A stretch of DNA of 63,866 bases, the filler included, from Choristocarpus tenellus KU-1152 (Eukaryota > Protista > Phaeophyceae), in assembly GCA_964200185.2 (NCBI GenBank). It is 12 parts of 12 records of this genome, joined end to end, with 100 filler letters (N's around TTAATTAATTAA, not from the genome) between each part and the next. Parts side by side here need not be neighbours in the genome. Positions count along the whole stretch, not along the records: positions 1 to 4,493 come from CAXNAD020014310.1; positions 4,594 to 13,155 come from CAXNAD020004582.1; 10 more parts are not named here. The stretch is one strand, 5' to 3'. Under the pieces are notes generated by a model. That model was not told where the DNA came from. It saw nothing but the letters and a program-made list of their open reading frames with translations, and did not search any database. Position 1 is the first letter of the stretch, and every line of letters starts with the position of its first letter. Both the position numbers and the translations under genes were made by a program. Positions 1 to 11,678 of this stretch are shown here, one piece after another.

Positions 1-99
1 TTTGTGTACGTCGGATTGATAAATGTAAGTGCCCCTTTCCTGGTTATGGCCCAAATGGACACCCTGGTGTAGACCCCCCCCCCCCAGATACTTAAGGTC
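1..99 (-). mobile_element. MITE family B, partial copy (poly-G end)
   Basis: Ends in ...AAATGGACACCCTGGTGTAGA(C)nAGATACTTAAGGTC; reverse complement aligns by eye to the left part of the complete copy at 54206-54399. Confidence 0.8.
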
Positions 100-577
100 A
101 AAAAGTCGATCTTGTACATCACATCACATCACATCACGGATCCAGAATATGCCTCCGAGGAAGGGGGGAGGGGGTCAAGAGTTCAGGAGTTGTTCAGGCA
201 CCCCAGAAAAATAACAATAAACTCTGCTTACTCACGAGAAAGGCAGTTTTTTTGTAGTTTGCGCGCACCACTAAACGGTTCTAAACGATACTCGGCCAAT
301 CAACATTGTTTAGAACTTCTTTAAACCAATCAATTACCATCCTTCGATACAAGGAAACCCTGACTCTTCACCTGTTGGAACACTTTCATCCACCCTCAAC
401 CTTGGAGGCTCTCGTCAACAAGACAGTTGCGCCTTGGAACCTTGTTCCCTACGCTCGAAATCTTAGGATCACTTTGCTGACTGGTCTCCTCCGTCTACAT
501 CTCTCCTCACATACTTTATGCCGTGCCTTCTTTACAGAATGGAGTCAGGCGTAGCACCCAATATACTCATCCTAAAG

Positions 578-835
578 GACTCAATGTATCTTAGAGGGTA
601 GGGCCACGTCCATTCGGGGACCAGAATCCGATGTTGCAATTTGATGTAATTTTGACTATCTTGTTTGTTAGGAGATATCAATACCCCTTTTCTGGACACT
701 CCTTTCCATAAAGTATACAATTTACCTACTCCGAAACATTTTGGAGCAGGTAAAATGTCAATAAAAACCCATGGGAAGCCAAGCCCCACATGGACAAAGA
801 GGACCAAATTTGTACCCTCTAAGATACTTTCACTC
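578..835 (-). mobile_element. MITE family A, full-length copy
   Basis: Degenerate TIR GACTCAATGTATCTTAGAGGGTA ... TACCCTCTAAGATACTTTCACTC; aligns to 1285-1542 in reverse; only AAG is duplicated in the flanks. Confidence 0.9.
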
Positions 836-1105
836 AAGAAAGTAATTCAAATACATGCTCCAGATGTGTATAATCTACGAAGTATATACATACACACACA
901 TATATATATATGACTTTCTCAGAGTTTATCCATCCCAAAGCTGTCAGAAACCTGCTAATAGACAGCTGATTGGTTTCAGTTCCTTGTGTACCCACACAAA
1001 GCAGCAGTAGCATACACAGGCACGTACGTGATGGTCCAAGTTGTACAGACTTGAAGCAGTCCTCGCCCCCCTCCCCCTGCCTCCCCCCCCAACACACACA
1101 CCAAG

Positions 1106-1192
1106 GTCTTGGAGAGTCGTAAAACCAGGGGCGATGCTGCAGCAACGCACTTCAATAAATGGAGCGAATGGGCAATGGAACCAAAGATCCAG
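1106..1192 (+). CDS. Possible internal exon of an unidentified gene
   Basis: AG|GTCTTG...ATCCAG|GT, 87 nt, open frame VLESRKTRGDAAATHFNKWSEWAMEPKIQ; no family recognised. Confidence 0.35.
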
Positions 1193-1284
1193 GTGTGTGT
1201 GGGTTAGTCTTACCCGTCGGGTGAAGGTAAAACATAGTGAACAGTAAGATGGCATGTCTCGCCTGGACGTGTTTCCTACGAGAA

Positions 1285-1542
1285 GAGTGAAAGTATCTTA
1301 GAGGGTACGAGTTTTGCTCTGTTTGTCCATTTGGGGCTTGGCTACCGGGTTTTTTTTAATGACACTTTCCTACGCCAAAATGTTTTGGAGTAGGTAAAAT
1401 GTATACATTATGAAAAGGCGTGTCCGCAACAAGGATATTGACACTTCCTAACAAACACGATAGCCAAAATTACATCAAAATCGCAACATTAGGTTCTGGC
1501 TCCCAAATGGACGCGATTCTACCCTCTCAGATACTTTGGCTC
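1285..1542 (+). mobile_element. MITE family A, full-length copy, TSD AGAA
   Basis: AGAA|GAGTGAAAGTATCTTAGAGGGTA ... TACCCTCTCAGATACTTTGGCTC|AGAA; ~23-bp imperfect TIR. Confidence 0.95.
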
Positions 1543-2307
1543 AGAAATTCAAAATCAAACATATGCACATGTACATATACATACACGTAACACATACATA
1601 CACACATATATATATACTTGTACGTAACTATATATATATACATGTACATAACTATATTTCGTGACCCGCAAGAGACAATAGTGCTTTCTTTCCGCCGTAC
1701 ACCATCACTAGCAAAACCTTTTGTTGCCTTCCCACCTTCCTTGAGAGAAGAGAGAGTTGAAAGTAGGTGCGTACTACTTCCACCTGCGGGCGAAGGCAAG
1801 GAGGACCGCGATTCTATTCTTTTAAAATTTCTATGTGCCGCGTTTTTTATCCCACAGAGATTTCTGCTGCTACCTACCCGATAAGAAATTTCCAGACTTT
1901 GTTATGTATCATCGTATCTCGCCACCGCCTAACGAGGAGAACGTATTGAACAGAACGAGGAGATGGTTAGGGTTAGGGTTGGGTGCGCGCGCTTGCATGA
2001 GAAAAAAAATTAAGGTTCAAAATTTGGTTGCATTGATTTATCCTCCAGACTTGACTGCGGGGGACATCAAGGCTTCACCCAGAGGATGCCATCGATGTAC
2101 ACTTCAGGGTTTGTTTTTTTGTTGTGATACCTGTGGGTACTGTGGTAGGTTAAGAGCGCACTGTGGTGTTGTGTTCTGTGACTCAATAGCCATCGTGTCT
2201 GTGAAGAAGTCCACCCCTTAGTCAGCCTTCCCCTGGAGGACATTCCTTGAACAGGGTAGGATAATGTGGCATGAAGAAGGCAACAGAGGGATTCAAGGAT
2301 TGAGTAC

Positions 2308-3640
2308 TCACAAAAAGGGTGCGGAATGTTCGAGTTGGATCACACCGCTCCACACTGAAGTCATTCCCCCTTTGTATCTAAGTACTTGGTTGTACACCAC
2401 AAAAAGGAGCTGACAAGCCTTCTCAAATGTGATGTCATCATACTCCTCATACTGTATCTTAATGACCTTCACCATCTCCTCGGTGGACCCAAACCGCCCC
2501 CCCATCACCCAGCATTTCAAAGACCTGAAGAAGCACAGGTCCATGATATTGAGGTCGGGGGAGTTAGATGGCTGCGTCACGAGCCTAATCGACCACCCCT
2601 CAGTCTTCCCTGCCCCTAACAAGATTTCTGAGTTGCCCTTGCCCGTGTGGGGGGTGGCATTGTCTTCCTGAGCGACAACATGCTTCCCTTGCAACCAAGG
2701 CATCTTGGTCTTGATTGCAGTAACTCCACCGTGTACCACTTCTTGTGCCACAAATGGTCTGAAGTACAGTCCTGCTCATACACATCCCCCTTTTTATGCT
2801 TGTCCTGTCTGCCGTTTTTGGCACACACATACGCCAAACACCAAGCTTTCCATCAAAGCCGTGAGCCAAATCTAGGCGGGCGTTGGCTGTGCAATGGTCA
2901 TGGTTTTGGGGATATGACTCTTGTGCTGCACAGTAGGGGATCTTGGAAGGTCGCTATCATCCTCGTCTGGAAATACCCTAACCCGTTCCCCATCAGCCAT
3001 CACATAAGACCATGGTTCATTCACATGGATCGTGTTCACCATGGAGGCGTATACACCACATTTCCGGTCCACTTGATCGCAAACAAAGTCCATTCTCCAT
3101 ACCTTTTGCCGCGATTATAGCTTGGGTTTGATCCGGTGGCGATTCGGCATGGCCCCCATATCATCCAACCACCTGTTTATGGTGCTCGTGCTATAATTCA
3201 GCCCCTTGGCGGCCATCTTCGTTGTCACCTGATACACTGTGGATTACCGATTATCAGAGTTGATACTATGTATAGCGGTCATCTTGGTCAGTGTGAGCTC
3301 CAAAGGCCGCCTACTATGTGCCGCCACCCCTAGGGGAAGCGTATGACCATGGGCGAGCTGATTGGGGACGCCCTCCCAGAGCCCTTGTATGTAACGCTCG
3401 GACACTCCAAACTCCGCTACAAGGGCCGGCCCAAAGTTTCACAACAGTTTATGCTCACCAGGGACCATCCCAAGGGTGTACCGTACTGCAAGCGCCACTC
3501 TGGTATTCAGGGACACTTGGGCACCTTTTCTACGCGGGGGGGTCCATGGGGAGGTTGCCATGCCGATGTTCTGACTCCCCGACATGCCCAGCTCTGGCCT
3601 CAAAATCACCCCAAAAGGCCCCTACTTTGACGACTTGAAG
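2308..3640 (-). pseudogene. Frameshifted Tc1/mariner transposase, DD39D (plant/oomycete-type mariner)-like
   Basis: Motifs split over frames: IHVNEPWSY (decayed HVDEKWF), HKSHIPK, FDGKLGVW, QEDNATPH, QPSNSPDLNIMDLCFFRSLK; upstream boundary approximate; TIRs not found. Confidence 0.85.
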
Positions 3641-4457
3641 CACCTTGAGTTTGTGCCTGATGATCCTCGAACCCCACCTTTTCTGAAAGCTGAGATAATC
3701 AACCCGACTTCATTATTTTGGGTTATCGACTGATTCCGCGCCGTTCTCGCTCGGCGAGCCCAGAAGTTTCACGGCACAAACTTATGGCACAGAGGTAGTA
3801 TATGTTTTTTTATTATGCCCTCTGACATTTTCCAGATGTGTCAGGTGAAAAACTAATGAAAACTATTCACTACAGCATCAATATTATTATTGCTATTGTT
3901 ATTATAATATATATATATATTATATATTGGTCCCCATGGTAGTGGCCAGGCCCATTTATGGCATGCATGGGTAGTGTGAAGGGGCGGGGGTGGCGAGAAT
4001 CAACCATCAGTAGCGTGTGCCAGGGCACAATTGTTGTGGCCTTGGTGCACAAAGGAGAGAGAGAACCAATGGCAGTGGCGCCAGAGTCGATCGACCATGC
4101 TTGGTGCATAGTCCCTACCCTTTGTTCTACATCAAAACATTATTACATTAGCACACACGGTAACAAGCAATGCGGTAAACTGCCTCAATACAAACCTCTA
4201 TTGTACGTAGAACAATCACAGAAGGAATTCAGCTAAGAGAGTAGGAGACGACAGAGGTTGTGGAGATCGGGTAGGGGCGATTTAGAGTCGGCAAAAGATG
4301 GAGTCAGCTGTCCGAGTGGGAGGTGAGCACCGGTGGTGCGAGCACAACGCCCCTGCGAGACCAAGAGGAGGTAAAAACCCTAACTCTCATGCAAAAGAAC
4401 GCACAGTGGGTAATAGGCGCAATGTGGTAAGCAGTCGCGTGATATGGGGAGATTAAT

Positions 4458-4493
4458 GACCCAAAGTATCTGGGGGGGTAGGGGGGGTCTACA
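4458..4493 (+). mobile_element. MITE family B, terminal fragment at contig end
   Basis: GACCCAAAGTATCTG followed by G-run and TCTACA, as in other B ends. Confidence 0.75.
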
Positions 4494-4593
4494 NNNNNNN
4501 NNNNNNNNNNNNNNNNNNNNNNNNNNNNNNNNNNNNNTTAATTAATTAANNNNNNNNNNNNNNNNNNNNNNNNNNNNNNNNNNNNNNNNNNNN
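4494..4593. other. Artificial contig linker
   Basis: N44-TTAATTAATTAA-N44. Confidence 0.98.
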
Positions 4594-6238
4594 AGGGAGA
4601 GATGCTGCTGCTTATTGGCGTAGCTAGCATTGACCGTTGCCTGTCACTTCTTCCCCTTTTTTACCTGAAACTGGGCCAACAGCATCAGGAAGACTCCCTT
4701 TCCTCCAAATGGATCTTGGCTGCCCCCTTGTTGGGTTGGATATAGCTCCACCTGATTCCTGAGTCCACGAACTCACCTCTCTTCCGCCGCAAGCTGCCTG
4801 TGCTGAGAAGCGTGCATGGCAGACCCGGTACCCAGAGCATATCTTGGAGCACAATTGTGGTCGGTGTGCCCGTCTCGTCAGTTGCCTCCAGGACCATCTT
4901 GCCGGTTGATCTTGCCGGTTGCTCGTGCGTCCAGTGTACCTTTGTTTCCAAACGTGCAGGTGCAGGTGATAACTGTTGCTGCAGTGAGATGGTCCTGCAG
5001 TCGGCGGAAGGGTAAGGTGCACATTTGCACCCGAGTCGCACAGTAGGCTGATGGTCTTGGACAGATCTTGAGATGAGGACAGGAGCGCTGCCTCGACCAT
5101 CCTATTATACACATCCTCCCCTACAGACACGTTCATGGCCAGGAACGCCCGCGATGAGCCCTAGCGATGAGCCTTGCCACAGACTCGGCCACCGCTTCTC
5201 TGGTCTCTTTTTGTGCCGCCCCAAGCCCGCAGGGGTGCTTAGCAGGAGGTTTTGCCAGCCAGGTACGAGTGACACTCTTTCCATCTGTGGTTGAATTTGA
5301 GACAGAAAGCATATTGGTTTGTACCGAGGCCACTCTCAGACCCCTGTGTCTCCCTGTAGGTAGGTGTCCCTCCACCTGTGTGGAGCGCCCGTAGCGCCCG
5401 AGCTTCTAGTCGTTTCCCCCGTGACCTCCGTGGTCATGCACGAAGAGGAGGAGTTTTTGACGTTTTTTGAGTTGGTCGTAGGTGAGGTCTGGAGCTGTGG
5501 ACAGTTGTAAGAACACCTGCGGCATGCTGTCCCTGATCCCAGTGATCAGAGTCCCCTTCTTGGCTTGGTCCTTCTTGGCCCCTTCCAACTGCTCGTACGC
5601 TGTCCAGATGTGATCGAGACAGATGACGAAGTCGGCGGCGTCATCCACGGACGAGCAGTAGATGTGGCACAGCTTAATCTCGAGAGCTATGATCTGCATG
5701 GGCCGCTGCATCGCGGCACACCCCCCATAGATCTGCTCCAACTCGAGCCAGGCTGCCCTCCCGTCGAGTCTGCAGTTATTTTCGTGGGTGCTGACTACCA
5801 TCGCTGCAGCCCCCCTCGCGGCCTGGGCCCGGTAGGAACTACAAGGCCTCGCGACCTTTGACGTACTTCTCGTATGCACTGTGTTCCCCAAACGATATAT
5901 CAGCCGTAGGAGGTGCAGGGATATGGGTGGTATGCTGGTTGGAGGATGCGGTACAGTCCCTTGCCGCTCACATAGCTCACCAGCACCATCCGCCATTCTG
6001 CCCTCTTCTCCCTTTATGCCTACGCGGGCCACTCCATCGTGGCAGCTTACGCGGATCCGCTTCCATACCTGTGAGGCTCATACATAACCTGTTCAAAAGA
6101 GCTGTTCGAATAGAGTTTTTGCTTTATGTGGTATGAATGTATTTAGTAGTGGAGTGAGCACCATCATTCGAGATGGGGGTGTGCTCTGCCTCGTTATCTA
6201 TAGCGCACGTCAGCAGACACGTCAGAACGTGTCTGTGT
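4594..6238 (-). mobile_element. Ty1/Copia element A, left copy: 3' part of LTR (6090-6238), PBS, decayed gag and protease
   Basis: LTR ends ...TTGAACA then GGTTATG(TATG)AGCC; gag ORF 5406-6032; knuckle YAFCLKFNHRWKEC; protease CDSGANVH and LQDMLWVPGLPCTLLS; homologous to 11679-13155. Confidence 0.88.
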
Positions 6239-6250
6239 AAGACATGTCTG

Positions 6251-7601
6251 CCGCTGGGACCATAAACTCATGGAAGAGAACGCAGAAGGTCAGCGGAGAA
6301 GGCCGCTAAGGTACAACTGGTCAATGTACGGACCATATTACAACAGGGTCCCCTACCAGAGACGAGATTTGGACCGATAGAAGATGTTTTAACTGTGGAC
6401 TGATCAAGCATATTGTTCCTTGTTCTTTCCAAGGAATATGCTACACCTGTGGAGGTAAAGGACACCTTCAGATCGTTTGTCGCGAGAGGAGAGCGATACC
6501 ATCTAAGGAGGCGAAGGAATTAGCTGGACCAGGATTGGAGTCAGAAAAGGAAAAGAGAGGAAGGTTATCAGCTAAGGGCTGCTGCCTGCACAAGACTTGT
6601 AAGTCTGGGAAGTAAATATTATCTACTTCGGACCACCAAGAACCATCTTCTATATCAGAGGCACTCACGGAGCCTGACACACGAGAATGACAAGCGGCAA
6701 TGGAGAAGATAGACCAGCAACGGATGAAAGAAACATTCATAGAGGAAGAGGTTTTGACATGGGGAAGAATTCCTGTGAAAACTAAGTCTGAGATTAAGAT
6801 AAAGCCAACAGCAGAGGGGACCATTGAACAGTTAATGCCAGGTTGGTGGCACAGGACTTCACTCAACGAAAGGATGTACAAAACATTCAATTATGATAGA
6901 TTTCAATCCTGGGGGAGTGAGTGCTACCTACGTCCAACAAGAGAAACAGCAAAAGGGGGCTGGTTCAAATCTTCACTCATACACTAAGCGAGAGATCATC
7001 ATGGGACACGATTGTAATTCATTGTGTCGGTACATCTAAAGAAGGCACAAGACTTTGTAGACTCTGTGTTGATTAGTTGAATGTTTTGTATTAGAGTTGA
7101 AACAATCTGCACTCTTTTAATGCATTCACAGGATAAATGTGATGTTGTGAGAGTTGAAGCAATCTGTCTGCTCTTATTTCAACTCTCATGGGGGAGTTTG
7201 CAGAATAATATGTTTTATCTTCAAGAGTTCTAGCAACCCTTTCATTGCCTGCACTCATATAAGGGAGTGTAAAAAATATAACAAAGTGAGGTGTGCCTTA
7301 TTTTGTATATGAGAGATTATCATTTTGAATGAGTCCATGTGATGTAACTAATGAGAAAATAAATCCAGATTATAAATTGGAATATGTATTGGTTATTATT
7401 CTGCATTCAACTACTTTGACATAACCATTGACTTAGGAAGCACAAATAATAATAAAACAAGCAATGAGAAGACACCCCACAGAGGTCACTCTTCTATTTC
7501 AACCATGTAATCACGCTCAGCAATGGGGAACGGTATGAGGCTTCACACCTTCTTGTCTTCACTACTGATAAATAGCATTACCTCCCAAGGTAAATTGCAC
7601 A
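6251..7601 (+). mobile_element. Internally deleted Copia element B: pol remnant, PPT and LTR (about 7268-7601)
   Basis: EPSSISEAL...W.AAMEK and GRIPVKTKSEIKIKPTAEGTIEQ resemble the start of Copia RT; purine tract AAGGGAG then TGT...TTGCACA; inverted homologue at 10061-11230. Confidence 0.8.
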
Positions 7602-8055
7602 GGCTGCGGTACTTACTACACGGACGACTTTGCAACTGAACTGTACAAAACGTTTGAAGACAAGATGGCAAGAGCGACTACATTTGTACAAAGAGTCTTA
7701 AAGCAAGAGATCGCAAGAGGCAAGTTTTAAGTGTGAAACTGGTTTGCCGCCCAGAGCGGATTGCTCGAGTGACTAGATAAGTTCACATCGTCCTATAGTT
7801 CGAATCGAAAGTTCAACGCAGCATCTTCATTGGTTGTTTGGTTGCGGCAACACTGAATAGTTCAACAAACTGCAAGTTCAACTTCGCAATAGCATCCTTG
7901 TTACGAATATGCTTTTTTATTCATGCGTAAAAGACTTGTTGGATTATGTTTCGATAACGGATAATTGATAGGATAGTTTTCTGTTGAGTAATGATGAGAA
8001 TATTATCAGGGTTATAATAGTACAACACAGAGAATGACGTGTTAATTGAGGGAGG

Positions 8056-8367
8056 TGTTATTTGAGTGAAACACTAAGGTTGTAGTAAGTTACACAGAGA
8101 ATAACGTATTATTAGAATATGAATGGTTATGCATCATAGGCCGGTAGTCTATAGGTTCTTATGTGTTTGAAAACCAGTATTATGTAACAGAAATGTTGAC
8201 TGAGTGGATTAGTTGTCAATCGCTTGACGTTCTGACGTGTCTGCTGACGTGCGCATTAGATAACAAGGCAGAACACCCCCGACCTCAAGGGATGGTGCTT
8301 ACTCCATAAATATATACATTCATATCACATAAAACAAAAACTCTATTCCAACAGCTCTTCTTGCACA
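8056..8367 (+). repeat. LTR of Copia element C, related to the LTR of element A
   Basis: GAGGGAGG|TGTTA ... TTGCACA|ATGGTAAGG; 8136-8367 aligns to 11686-12106 except for a ~190-bp segment present only in A. Confidence 0.75.
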
Positions 8368-8570
8368 ATGGTAAGGTGACAACCCCCTTTGAGCTTTAAA
8401 GTTCACTCTCCTTTCTTACACCTCCCTTACTTCATGTAAAACCTGTTCTGGATAATAATGAATTAATCGAGTCTTGGGAACACCAATTTCTTTAACATGC
8501 TCGCTAGCATTACTTGTTAAATTGTGCTATGTTCTCAAGGCTAGAATTAAATCGATTTAGGGGGAATCCC

Positions 8571-9607
8571 GATGGAGGAGGCCGTCGGTTGCAGAAGATG
8601 TACTTCGAGAAGAGCAGAGTATGGAGACACGACAGCTGCAACAACAGTTGAAGTTGGAGAGGTAGTGGAGTCTGAGGAGGATGAAGACGGAGAGGCGGTT
8701 AGCAGAATCGTGCAACAGGGGTTACAAACTGGACGGAGATTAAGATGACTGATTCCACTGCCATCCAAAGTTTAGGGTCTACAGTGGCCATGCATGTTTG
8801 AGCGAAAACTCTTTTCGTGTGCTGCTATGGGCGGCTGGAAGGATACGTTATCTGATGATCTCATCAGAGTCAGCAGCGATTCCTTCAACGATTCAAGATG
8901 GTCCGAACGAGAAATCGAAAAGGCGAGTATGGCGATGGCTGCTCTGGTAATAACTTTGGATGGGTTCGGGAACAAGTGGCGAGCAACACGACAGTCCTTC
9001 CGAAGCTTTCCAAGCTTTAAGGAACCACTTTAGGCGAAGTGGTATCACTTAAAGGGCAACCATGAGATCAAAGCTGAATTCGCTACATATACCTCCTGGA
9101 GATGATCCGTCCACAATCATCATGAAGCTGGATAGCATTATGAAGAAAATGCGATCCCTGGATGATGAACCGAGTGATGAGGAGCAATTGAGTGCCAAAC
9201 ACAGTTGCTTGACCGACGAATATTTTATCGAGATTCGACAGGTCACAGAATACGGACGAGCAGCGAGGATGGATTTACAACAACGACTTTGCGAAACCTA
9301 CCAACTTCGTAAACGACAGCTTGAACGACGGATGGGAGATAATGGTGTTGCATTGATGGTGGCAGGTCCCCGTTCGAGAAGTGGAACTGCTCGTTTTCAG
9401 AAGGATCGACAGTCAAGACGTGTTGAGTGCTGGCAGTGTGGAGGACTACATTTTCAATCTTCCTGTCCCACTGTTGTTTCGTCTCGTTCTGGATCCTATA
9501 TAGGTTCTTGTCTTGTTATATCTGTGGAGCCAAACCAAAGGACACAAGGCTTACTGTTTTCCCAAACGCGCTGGAGCTATGGGAGAATCGGGTCAAGGTT
9601 CGTCTAG
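8571..9607 (+). pseudogene. Decayed Copia gag (element C)
   Basis: ORF pieces 8794-9033 and 9062-9607; gag-like LNSLHIPPGDDPSTIIMKLDSI and knuckle CWQCGGLHFQSSC; directly downstream of an LTR. Confidence 0.8.
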
Positions 9608-10060
9608 ACTAACTCCCCGAAGGAAGAGGAAGAACTGTAAAGAAACGGGGAGTGGTGGTGTCAGCGAGAATGGTGAATTTTAAATCATACCAACGGGGAA
9701 ACAATCTGAGGGAAAATTATATTGAAATCGGGAAACTTTGTGATCAACGCATTCTACTGGAGGACCGGAATTGGAGTTTGGAAAACAAGTGGGAATGATT
9801 ATGGAATGTATAATTCGAAAGATTATCGAAGAAACATTTTGACATTTCCTGACCTGCCCTCAAGACAACTACCTCAAGTATCTGACACAACACAGAGGAT
9901 TGTGTCAATACTAGTTCTAGCGGAGGCGAACTGACACACTCGCCCTGACAAGGGCTGGAGGAGATACCGGCACAGGTGGAAAATTGGAGGAGGCTATAAT
10001 ATCAGAGGAGGATGTTGCAGCGACCGGAGAGAATACCCTTAAAGGGATTTCAGAAAATAC

Positions 10061-11230
10061 TGTGCAATATACCTTGGGAGGTAATGCTATTTATCAGTAG
10101 TCAAGACAAGAAGGTGTTAAGCATCATACGGTTCCCCATTGCTGAACGTGATTACATGGTTAAAATTAGAAGAGTGACCTTTGTAGGGTGTCTTCTCATT
10201 GCTTGTTTTATTATTGTTTGTGCTTCTTACCTAAGTCAACGATTACGTAAAAGTAGTTGAATGCAGAATAATAACCATTACGTAATCCCATTCATAATCC
10301 AGATATACTATATCATTAGTTACATCTCTCGTGCACAAAATAAGATACACCTCAGTATTGTTATATTTTACACAATCTCCCATGAGGGTGGAACTTTTAC
10401 ACACGACTTTCATCTGATCAGAACAATGTTTACGAAGTCTTGTACCTTCTCCTTTAGATGTACCGACAGAACAATCGTGTCCCATGATGATCCCTCGCTT
10501 AGTGTATGAGTGAAGATTTGAACCAACTCCCCTCTGCTGTTCCATTTGTTGGACGTAGCACTCACTCGCCCCCCAGGCTTGGAGCCTATCATAATTGAAT
10601 GTTTTGTATATCTTTTCATTGAGTGAAGTCCTGTGCCACCAACGTGGTCTTGAACTGTTCAGTGGTCCCCTCTGCTGTTGGCTTTATCTTTAATCTCAGA
10701 CTTAGTTTTCACAGGAATTCTTCCCCATGTTAAAACCTCTCCATCTATTAATGTTCCTTTCATCCATTGTTGTTCCATCTTCTCCATTGCCGCTTGCCAT
10801 TCTCGCGTGTTAGGTCCCATGAATGCCTCTGATATAGAAGATGGTTCTTGATGGTCTGGAGTAGATATTATTTACTTCCCAGGCTTACAAATCTTGCGCA
10901 GGCAGCCCTTTGCTGACCTTCCTCTCTTTTCCTTTTCTGGCTCCAACCCTGGTCCAGCTAATTCCTCCACCTCTTTAGACGGTGTCGCTCTCCTCTGACA
11001 ACAAACGATCTGAAGGTGTCCTTTATCTCCACAGTTGTAGCATATTCCTTCGAAAGAACAAGGACCAATATGCTTGATCAGTCCACAGTTTAATCATCTT
11101 CTGTTGGTCCTGGTCTCATCTCTGCAAGGGTATCCTGTTGTGATATGGTCCGTACGTTGACCAGTTGTACCTTGGCCGCCTCATCCGCTGACCTTCTGTG
11201 TTCTCTTCCATGAGTTTATGGTCCCAGCGG
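10061..11230 (-). mobile_element. Internally deleted Copia element B, second copy (LTR about 10061-10374)
   Basis: Reverse complement aligns with 6251-7601; encodes FKTTLVAQDFTQ (decayed FKARLVAxGFxQ). Confidence 0.8.
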
Positions 11231-11678
11231 CTAGAGTGCTCCCAGGCTCACCGCGGTTAGCTCCTCCTTTACCTTCCGGTGGAGGCTTAGTTAATGCTCC
11301 TGCTAATGTCCTGCTCCCCTAGTGGCAGGTACAGCAATTTCTTTTCTCATTCCGTAAGCAAGAATCTTATCACAGGGTCTCAGTGCTCAATATTCAGCAT
11401 GGCATACCGATACCCAGAGTATCCCCGTTTGACCTCCAGTTGTTGCTTGTTATGGATCGTCTCATATCCCATGTCTCCTTAGCCCTCAGCTTCCCATTTT
11501 TGTCTAAGGCGCTGGTCTACTTTTGGTATGATGATAAAACCATTACCCGTTCCTGCTTCCTGTAGCTTATATCGGGTCTTGTGAAGACATGCACAGGGAT
11601 CTCGTCTCCCACGCGTCCTGTATTGGACTGCACGGGAATCTAGTCTTCTGCACGTCCTCCGTTGAACTGCACGGGAAC

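Noticed and set aside
532-913. Small ORFs recurring at 532-913, 23647-23889, 33671-34009 and 37243-37551 as a gene family
   Set aside because: They are chance translations of MITE A; frames and stops are not conserved between copies
4538-4549. TTAATTAATTAA as a biological motif or PacI site
   Set aside because: Always centred in exactly 44+44 Ns; a six-frame stop linker added during concatenation
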